From contig NW_003314350.1 in assembly GCF_000143415.4 (NCBI RefSeq), forward strand, positions 124,001-188,000: DNA of 64,000 nucleotides, in the 5' to 3' direction. This document shows, piece by piece, positions 52,610 through 62,242 of this stretch (the stretch's first letter is position 1; each line of letters opens with the position of its first letter). A model generated the notes under the pieces. The model saw only the letters and a program-made list of their open reading frames with translations, did no database searches and was not told the DNA's origin. The stretch comes from Selaginella moellendorffii. Taxonomy: Eukaryota > Plantae > Lycopodiophyta. The translations under genes were made by a program, and so were the position numbers.

Positions 52610-53935
52610 TCGAGCATTTTTTGGTGCATTTTTGGGTTCAAAATTGCATGAGCCCACACGCTATAAAGTTTACCTGTACCAAAAATAGAAACAGCTTTAT
52701 TTACTTGGGAATTTAAGTGGTTGAGGCATTTTTAAACTTACAAACACATGCCCTACTTACATTCCTTTGGTTGCCTAAAATTCAAAAATATTATAAACCT
52801 TTCTTTTTGCATTTTCAATGTTTTCAATTATGGTTTTTGATTTTCGTAGGACCAGCCTAGTAATCTATTTGCATCCCGTCATGTTTATAACTAGCTTTCG
52901 TTCGTCCCCTTCGCTAGCCTGAGATACATCTGCTCGGCATCTGCCTCTTACAGCATTTGCCCAGAAAGGGCATCTTTCTTCACGCAGCATTTGCCACATG
53001 TTTAGGGTTTAGGGTTTAGGGTTTAGGGTTTAGCAATTCAGTAGCTTGATAAACATGCAAATACAGAACTTGATGCAAAATCCTTTGATATGTCACAATG
53101 CCCCTAGGACCATAAACACATTTCAATAGAGAGGGTCCTTTCATTTCATAACTCCTTACGTAGATCTTGGTGAAACCAGAGTTAGTGAAGTTAGTTTCTT
53201 GTGATCCCGCATCTGATTGTGATGTCCCTTTGTAGTTTCGATGGAAAGGTCAATGCACACCAAACTGTGAAATCTTGGAGCAAAATAACGGTCGGATCTA
53301 TGGCAAATGCCCCTGAAACATTGTAAGGCTCGTGTGGTCTCATGTGGTGTCCGATTGAGATGCTTCTTTGCAGGGTCATCAAGAAAGACATTGTATACCA
53401 TTCTGTAAAATCTAGTTGCGATCTAACGGTTGGATCTCCAGAAAACTCAAAAAAATCTCGCACGTGTCAGAATATCCTAGGAATATACTCCTATGTGCCC
53501 CTGAAAATGGCATGCGGCCCCACGCCATTCAAGAGATAATGCCAGATGACGCCGAGAATTTTTTGGTGCATTTTTTGGGTTCAAAATTGCATGAGCCCAC
53601 ACGCTATAAAGTTTATCTTTGCCAAATAGAGAAAAGTTTATCTGTGTCATGTGAGGTAGTTACAGTCCTTTGTGCTCGGCATCTGCCTCTTGCAGCATTT
53701 GCACTGAAAGGGAATTTTTCTCCATTCAGCATTTGGCCCTGAAAATGGCATGCGCCCACACGCCATTCAAGGAATAACGCCACAGGACGCCTGGATTTTT
53801 GGGTTTAAAATGTTTAGGGTTTTTTGGGTTTTTTCAAAATATTTTGGGTCCAACGTTTTTTGGGTTTCTTTGGTTCAAAATTGCATGAGCCCACACGCTA
53901 TAATATTGATTTGAGAGAAAAATAGAAACAGATAG
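52610..53935 (+). repeat. Three direct copies of a ~70-bp unit (~52615, 53560, 53860) and a second duplicated unit (52930/53672) in the transposon's central non-coding region
   Basis: GGTTCAAAATTGCATGAGCCCACACGCTATA occurs three times and TGCTCGGCATCTGCCTCTT twice. Confidence 0.85.
53001..53033 (+). repeat. Interstitial telomeric repeat (TTTAGGG)4
   Basis: Seen directly in the sequence. Confidence 0.95.
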
Positions 53936-54616
53936 AATTTCTTTATTTAGCTGAACATCTGCCATTTTTGGAAATACAAGATGCTTTGGAATATCCAATC
54001 ATGCATGGTATAAATATAGCGAGGGTATTAAATGATATCCCAATCATGATCTTTCTTTTGGATTTCGTGTGCATGCAGTCCGAGGAATGATGACGTTGCG
54101 GATTTCTTTTGGATTTTGCGTGCTTGCATGCGCGCGGCAATCCAGAAATTAATGGTGGCGCCCAAGTCCGAGGAATGATGACGTGGCGGGATTACCAACC
54201 GTTGTGACATTTCGCGCGTGTGAGGTTAGGTTTTGCATTTTGCTTTGTACTCGCGCTCGCGCTCGCATCACACTCGCGCTCCCGCTCGCATCGCGCTCCC
54301 ACTCGCGATCACGCTCACTTCTCTACAGGTTTCTCGTGTGCATCGGCGTCCACTCGCGCTTGCATCACACTCGCGCTCGCATCGCGCTCGTGTGCATCGG
54401 CGTCCACTTCAAGACACACTCAGTTTGTAACTTCGCCGCCAACTCCGCCGCCCACTCCACCACCCACACGCAGCCCACTTGGCGTCCCGGGAGATTTCAG
54501 CACCACTCTCCAACTGTAAGTGGCAGAGTAGCCTTGCTGCTACGATCCGCTGCACACACAGTGCACATTCGCCAGCGAGTCCGGCCTCGATTGTCACGGC
54601 CTCCATTCGGCTTCAA

Positions 54617-57600
54617 ATGGTAAGTCTTTTAGACCAAGTAGAAAATGGCATGAGGCCACATGCCATTCAGTAGCAACATTGGCATGCACCGATTGGGCTC
54701 TCGAGTGCAGTCCGGTTACAGATGGCGTGTAGCCTCACGCCATCTTAGGATGCAGCCTCAAGACATCTGATGCAGTGGTGAATGGCGTGTGGCCTCACGT
54801 TATTTCCAGCTGCTAGCTTTTCATCTGTCAGCTCTAATTGTTGTGCATTTTTGAACAGGCGAGGAATTGCGTTCTTCTTCCAGCCACTGTCAATGTGGAT
54901 GTAGAGAAGGGGGAGGAGCTCACCAGTTGGACTTTCGGGATGGAAGGCAAGGATCTGATGCTGTACAACACAGATGGTGGGAGAAAAGAATGCATGGGGA
55001 TCCTCATCCAAGTGACAGACACTCCATGCAGTTCCATGCAAGAATATGGACTGGCACTTGTGGTAGAGACAGCGTCCGCCTTCAAGATCCACCTTGCACA
55101 TCCTAGCGGCTTCCCGGAGGGGGGCAGCGGCTATGAGGAATTCCTAGAGGGAGCTAGGGAGAGGTTGTCTAGGAGGCCCACAATTTCAAAGACGCTGCGG
55201 GTCTATGAAGATCACATGGAATCCACGGACCTCACCTACGACGATGTTCAAAAACTATATTCCAACATTGAGCCGTTGAGAGTGCCTCCAGTTTGCGAAG
55301 CGAAGGGGAAGGGGGTCGATCTGGAAACTACCCCGAAGCAGAAAAGGGTGGTCAAGCTCAAGCCGACGTCCGACTCTGCTGCTCCAAAAAAGAAGCTACT
55401 CGGTGATGCCATTGCCTCGGGTTCGAACACTACACCCACCAAAAAGAAGAGCCGCAAAGAGCAGAAAGAGCAAGAAGAGGCAGCAAAAATCGTCGCAGAT
55501 AATAGTACTTGTTACTATTCCAACAAAGTATATACAATCGACGTGAGCCGTATCGAGATCCAAAGCAAATACAACCACAGGCTAGTATCTGATGAGTGGG
55601 TGGAGAAACTGAAGCAGAAGATGCTGGCAAGTCCAGTAACACCCGACATCGCAGACGTGATCCCCTATTACCGAACAATGAAGGGCGAGACGAGGTTTCC
55701 AGACTTGATCAATAGGAAGGTGTTGGACGATCAGAACATCCGGTTCTATGCCGTCTCCGGGCAGCATTCTATCTTGGCGATGCAACAGATAGTTGTGGAT
55801 ATTATGGTGGGCGAGGAGGTGAAGAAAGTCTTCAAGACAAGAGTTGTCCGCCTGATAAAAGGCAACTCGCCCCTCCGATCTATCATATACATCTCCCACG
55901 CGCAGAATGTCAAGCAAGAAACGTGCTACAAATCGGGTCTGCACGAGACATTGGCACGAACACGGAAGCTCTGGGTTCAACTGAAGAAGCCACAAAAACC
56001 AGGACAAGGACGTGCACTAGCAACTAGCGCCTGGCAGGTAAGCCTCGTTGCATGTGGCATAGCATGTGGCCTCACGCCATTTCCATTGCAGGAATTCTCG
56101 AGTCTTCTCTCGAAAACACTGGGGGTCAATGACACACTCAGCATCCATAACATTCTACTCGCGACAAAAGTTGTTTTTGACAAATGGGTAGATGTGCTAA
56201 GGAGGTACCATGACGGGGAGTTGCTAAACTCAATGGGTGTGGAGGACGGCCGGAAGCCCAATGATTTGAAGCTCAACGCCTTGCGTTTCTCGCGGTCTCT
56301 AGACGACGACGACCTTCTGACAGTGGCTAATGCTCTTCTACGTGGTGAGGTAGTCTTCAACAAGACCAAAATGACTCCCGGCCATATTGTGACATACGAG
56401 GACTTGTGCACGACTCTGAGAGCTCGTGCGCTATTGAAGGATTGGATCTTCGAGCAAGTGGCCGTGGCGAGGGTGAGCATCGACACCACGCAAGAGATGA
56501 TGGAAGAGCTGGACTTGTCAAATGAAGACATCGACGAGTACGTGAAGGGGGCCCCCAAGTTCATCGATCTGCTGCGGGATGCCACGAAAAGTAAAGCTGA
56601 GAAGTTGGATCAGTATCCAAATTTCATTAAGAGGGATGTCGACCGCCGGCTTCAGAAACAGCTCGACCCCGCAGCAGAGGCCTATCGAGAACCTTACCGG
56701 GTATATGTGAATTCGGATGAGGATCAAAGGTGGAGGAGCATTGTTTCCCGCGGAGATGAGCAGGTCAAGAACATCTTTTGTGTGATGGACTTCACAAACG
56801 AGGAGATCACTCATGCAGACGAAGTCAGCTCCATCATTGACTTAATGGTGGGACTTGCGGAGGTGGAATCTTCAGTCCACTATATGATCTACGACTCCGA
56901 ATCCTATCACAAGTTCTGGAAGGCCTTGAACGAGGTGAAGGCTCGGTTGAAAGGCAAGGAGATGCGGGAGATCCATGGGATAATGGCTAAGAAGAAGATA
57001 CCGACGAATGTCCGCATCTTCACAGTTGCCCTTGTTATTGGTCCTGCAGTAGAGTGGGACTGGAGTGACTTCCCAGCTTCGTTCAACAAAGCCGATCGAA
57101 TTGATCTGAGGGAGGTCAATTTACCCGTGCCTGAGGAACTGAAGACGGCTATGGAGCTTTCGAATCCAAAGAAAGCTCCAGGTGCAGCATGGGAAATGCT
57201 CAGCTGGGTCTTCAACGCAATAGCGGGTGACTCCAAGGGCAAATGCGTTGTCGAGTACAACTGCGGCGGACTATTCTTTCGAGCCGCACTACTCAAGGGT
57301 GTCCCATGTGTTGCGGTGACAAACTCCATTGAAGAGGTGACTTCAATGGAGCATATAATTACAGTTGCCAAAGAAAAACAGTATCTTCTCTACGAACCTG
57401 GTAAGTACGCACTTTAAGTTTAAATGTTATCTCACAAGCTCTGTATGCAGGAGCGTGGCCACCCCCAGATGCTGAAACGGCGTTAACAGCTACTGATGTT
57501 AGGCCGAGGTCACAACCTGCACAAGGTAAGGTCACGTGAGGCCTCATGCCATTTTGATTATAGATCGTTGTGAATATTCAGACACGAGGACTGAAAAGCG

Positions 57601-60222
57601 CACTGGTGGCGCGTCGAAGAAGGACAAACAGACAAGCAATAGGAAAAAAAGAGGTACAAATTATATTTGCAATGGCGTGTGATCTCATGCCATTCCTTGC
57701 AGGAGACACTTCTTCAAAGGCAAAACAGGCAAGCACCAGCCAAGCTCAAACTGACAGTGGTCATAAAAAGCGAAAGCACGTTGGACAGTCGTCGGGATCA
57801 GAGGCGTTTGATTCGAAAAGGAAGAAGGGCAACGAAAAGATGATAGGTAATGCCTCGCAGTTATGGCGTGTGTGCTCATGCCATTCATTGCAGATCAAGG
57901 GCTGAGTGAAAGGAGCCAGTCACCACCTTCTGACTCAGATTCCTATGGCGGACTCCCCTTCCCCAATCTCAATGGAGAGGTACAATGGATGAGGGATGCT
58001 TTTCAAGTCAGGGCCACGTTTTTCTCATCTCGTCGTCTTCGAAGGGTGCAAGAACGTGCAGAAACCATGTTAAGACAGTCGGGTGAGGATACGGTCCTAG
58101 GTCACGCACTAAAACAGGCTATGGATGTCTTGTATTTTGAGATGGAGACTCGGCCAGATGATTTTTCCAAGATGGTCCTGGAAAAACAAGCAATCCAGCC
58201 TGAGCAGCCTATGGAAGAAATGCAAGAGGGGGATGAGGAGCCAGAGAAAGATAATGAGCAGGAAGAGCAGAAGGACGAAGAGGAGGACAAAGAAGAGGAG
58301 GACGAAGAAGAGGAGGACGAAGAAGAGGAGGACGAAGAGGACTTGGATGGTCCTCACAATGGTGACGATCACAATAACGACGATGATGATGATGACGATG
58401 ATGGCCAGCCTGAGGTGGCCAAAGAGCAGCGGAGGAAGGTCATACAAGACAAACCATCAGGTAAATAATAGTACATCCATTCCTAACCTTTTACCATTTC
58501 TAACATTGTCCATGTAGGTCGCAGAAGAAATGGTAAGTAGAGATTATTCAGTTGAATTAAGATACAAACTCTAGCCTTTAGTGTCGAGGAAGGATAGTGC
58601 CAAGCAAGGGTCGAAACGTATGTCCAATCCTTCAGAATCAGCAGTGCGCCCAAGTGATATCGGTCCTAGTTCCTCAATAGCAGTTGATGGTAAATACAGT
58701 ATAGTCGATTCAATGTGCTAATGAGTTTGTTTTTAGTAGCACGGGAGGATACCATCTCAATCGAAGGGAGATATTTGGACATGCATATGGATCCGCCAGT
58801 GGACTCTACTTGCCTGCAAGAGTCATCAGAGCTGGTGGAGGCTACTATCCATATCAACGCCAAGCAAGCTGACCACGCTCCACTTGATGCTGCCCATACC
58901 ACTAAGTCAATCTTGTCCACGTATCCAACTGACGGTGACTAGGCGCCATTGGACCCGCATGAGGCCGCCCCAGCCGCCGAGCCGGTCGTATCCTCATTTC
59001 CAACGTGTGCCCAATCGTCTGACTACGCGCCATTGGAACCTCCCTACACCGCCCCTGCTGCCTGTTCGGTCATGTCCACTTTGCCAACGGAGGCACCAGC
59101 TGAAATGGCGTGTGATCACACGCCATCGGAACCACCCCATGCCACTGTTGAGCCAGTTGTACCAGAGTCTACAGCTGAAATGGCATGTGCCCACACGCCA
59201 TCGGATGCGATTGACCCCACATTGCAGAGGAGAGTATTTCCGCCCTTCACGTTTCCTCGACCAAAACCCTCTGAACGACCATCGGGAGCACCATTCGCTA
59301 ATATTGTAGATGGTAAAATTGACTTGTACCATTTTTTATGCTAACGCATTTCATTTCAGAGTCACGGCGAAAGTACTGTATCGTTTTTGATCTGAACGGT
59401 GTCCTTTTCTCCCATGAGCGTGGCTCGTCCTCAAATGTCACTGCACCCTCCAAAGCCTGCGGTCGCAAGTTGGTCAAAAGAGACAGATTCACATTAATCA
59501 CACGGGAGAAACTGCGGGATCTAATAATGACCATGCGACACTTAAAACAGAGGGCCGGGTTCAATTTGCAATTGGGAGTTTGGACATCCATGATGCGCCA
59601 CAATGCATTAACGTTGCTACAGATGATGCACGATCAGACGCGAGTAATATTACCATTTGACTTTCTCCTAACGCAGGAGGATTGCTTGACTATGGTCCAT
59701 GTGAGGGGTAGCAAGCCCATTTTCGTCAAGGCAGAGGCTGTAGTGATGAACCGGACTGCTAGGTCAAGTGAAATCCTCATCATCGATGACTCGCCGATTA
59801 AAACTGCAGCGAACACGCACACATATGCAGTGCACCCCATCTCTTGCAGTATGGAAACTAGGGAGAAGAAACCGTATGTTCTGGGGGACCTTGCAAAACG
59901 GCTTGAAGCGATGGTGATAGAGAACCGGCCAGTCCAGGAGGTGGCTGCAGAAATCAACCAAATGGCAGATGGAACGGTATATCAGAAGCCATTTGATCGG
60001 ACAGACACCAGTCATCATTTATGGCATGTATATTGTCTAGCCAAGCACTATCCGCATCTCCATAATCTGCTCAACCGGATGGGTTCTTCGACCACTGAAC
60101 ATGAGCGTGGACGTATTAGAGAAGAGATGGCATTACTATTGGGTTTAAATCCTGATAGTGTGGAGAGTGATGAAATTCCAAGATTATTGTATAGGCGTTG
60201 GAGGCAAAAAATAACAGTCTGA
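54617..60222 (+). CDS. Transposon cargo gene, multi-exon: ParB-like domain + degenerate DNA MTase-like domain + acidic linker + FCP1/NIF-type HAD phosphatase domain (in-frame TAG at 58940)
   Basis: ATG|GT at 54617 joins 54859, and there is an in-frame intron at 56038-56091. A chain of phase-1 GT..AG introns from 57401 to 59359 stays in frame. Motifs: FYAVSGQHS; KCVVEYNCGG..RAALLKG..CVAV; VFDLNGVL, VWTSM, IIDDSPIK. Confidence 0.7.
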
Positions 60223-60648
60223 GATGGCATGTATTTATTTAAAAATGTAACTTATTATGGCATGGGGTTCCATGCCATTGTATTAATATTAAAAGACAAT
60301 TCTTTGAGAGGATTTGCATTATACTAGAAGTGTTACAGCATGTTATTGGAAGTCTACGAAGTTGTTTTATTAATAAGGGGAAAGTAAAGATTGAATGGGG
60401 ACTTGGGCTCCACCTAGACTCGGAGCAACTGAGCCAATATTAAAAGGATGGAAAGAAATTGGACGACGATGACAAGGAGAAGAGAGAGGTGAAGCAGTGA
60501 GAAGTGATTGAGTAGACATTTCCTTGTTTAAAATAAAATGGCATGTGCCTCAATGCAGTTGAATTTTGTTATATTTATATACTATATAAAGGTTTGGAAA
60601 CCTTATTTTACAAGTGGGATAATGACAATTCCCACTTTAACGAAATAG

Positions 60649-61052
60649 AGCTTACAAGCATTCTTCCACTTGTCCGAGCAGAGTCTGCCGAACACTTAGG
60701 CCGCGTACAAGTGGGACAACAACGGCGCTACAACTCCCATCATCGTCCACCTGCGGAGTACAAAGTGGATGATTTGGTGTTAGTCCGTTTTCCCCATCTT
60801 ACGGTACGTGGTTTATCTAAGGGGCTCCTTGCGCAGTGGAAAGGACCGTATCAGGTGTTGCGGCAAGTTGGACCGCAAGTTTATGAGGTTCGGCATGACG
60901 TTCAGCAGGCCGATCCTCCGGAGATTGTGCATGTGCAGCGGTTAAAACACTTCATACAAAGGGATCAGGAGCAATTAATACCGTCTACAGATCCGCCGAT
61001 GCCTCCTCCTGATGTTCCTCCAGATCCCGGCCCATCTACAAGAGAACCCTGA
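60649..61052 (+). CDS. pol: C-terminal remainder of the gypsy integrase (GPY/F domain)
   Basis: YKVDDLVLV, WKGPYQV, VHVQRLK. Confidence 0.9.
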
Positions 61053-61084
61053 CGGCCTTCCATTATTCCGAGAGGAGGGGATGA

Positions 61085-61258
61085 TGTGAGGGCCAAGTGT
61101 ACGGCTACGATGCCGTATACTAATATTAGCGTAGTGGATTTTGGTAGCCGTCGGATTGGTTTCAATCCGGACCACTCGCTCCTGTATATAAGCTAGGGTT
61201 TTTGGGCTAATTGATATGCACATTTCTGTATTCCCTTTCCATATTCCAGGCACTCACA
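61085..61258 (+). repeat. 3' LTR, preceded by PPT GAGAGGAGGGGA
   Basis: Direct repeat of 42995-43168. Confidence 0.97.
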
Positions 61259-62242
61259 AATTTAATTTATAAACTCATTTATAATAAATATTATTAAGTT
61301 TTGTAATTTTAGTATATTTATAAATTTAAAAAATTAAAATTAAAATCATAATAAGAATAAGAATATTTTAGATAACTTGTAAAGAATTTATTAAAACTAC
61401 AAAAAGCTTTTACTTATAACTAAGTGAATTATATATTAAATGATGTATATCTTGTACTCAAAATAAAGATATTAATAAATATCTTAATAATTTTAATGTT
61501 TATTTTTATTTAAAAGAATAAAATAATAACTTTACATTTTTATGGAAATAATGAGAAGGGTATTAATAAATAAAAGATGCTGGATCATGAAACATTTTGA
61601 TTATGAATATTTATATTTTCTTTAGATTTTTATTGTTTTACTTACATAAATTAAAATGTTTATACTTAAGTATCATTTTGCTAATTTTCTAATTGAGATC
61701 AAATAATATATATGTAATGTTATGAATAAAATCTTTATATTTTTCTCATAACATTTTCACCATTATGGACAAGTATATATTCAATATTATAAAGCAAATA
61801 AAAGTAACAATAGTATGTTAATGTAATTTTATTGTTACCCTTTATCATTTTTACTAATTAAAAACTATTATTTTATGAGTTTTACAACTGTTTATTTTAT
61901 TAATGCTATATTATATACTTCAATGTAAAAATGACTTCAATTACTATTTTAATTAAATTTATGTTATTGTTTCTAAAGTACAAATAGATTATGTCCCTTT
62001 CATGATTAATATTATAACAAGAATAAAATTCTAAAAACTCAAATTTAGATAATCCAAAAGCCAGGTTTTCCTGTATGAGATCTTGCAAAATTAATCCAAT
62101 AGCTAGAATTGTTTTAGGCTTCTAGTTCTAATGGTTGAGATTTTAAGATTTTAAATTTGGATATTCCGAGCCATTCTGAAGTCATTTATTTATTTAAAAT
62201 TAAATGCTTGGAATTATAAGAACCCTAGTTTAGCCATGGTGG

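Larger units (their letters stand above)
47937..60559. repeat. Dispersed 22-bp palindrome family ATGGCRTG-N6-CAYGCCAT (~24 copies)
   Basis: Copies start near 48026, 49849, 49906, 51752, 51822, 51920, 52643, 53507, 53586, 53745, 53880, 54645, 54722, 54782, 56059, 57531, 57672, 57863, 59105, 59180, 60257 and 60538, plus partial copies. Confidence 0.92.
47400..60648. mobile_element. 13.2-kb TIR DNA transposon, Sola-like
   Basis: 19-bp perfect TIR CTATTTCGTTAAAGTGGGA, flanked by AGCT on both sides. The integrase sequence resumes after it, and it encodes a DDD transposase. Confidence 0.9.
42995..61258 (+). mobile_element. Full-length Ty3/gypsy LTR retrotransposon (no chromodomain seen), interrupted by a nested DNA transposon
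   Basis: Two 174-bp LTRs (TGTGAG..CTCACA), AATT on both flanks, PBS, PPT, gag and pol. Confidence 0.97.

Noticed and set aside
55977-57371. Minus-strand ORFs of 100-200 aa
   Set aside because: Antisense shadows of the cargo gene.
47937-60559. Palindromic repeats as a CRISPR array
   Set aside because: Spacing is irregular (tens of bp to kb), copies are degenerate, there are no cas genes and the context is eukaryotic.
60543-60648. N-terminus of the 169-aa ORF as an independent gene
   Set aside because: Chance read-through from the transposon TIR into the integrase tail.
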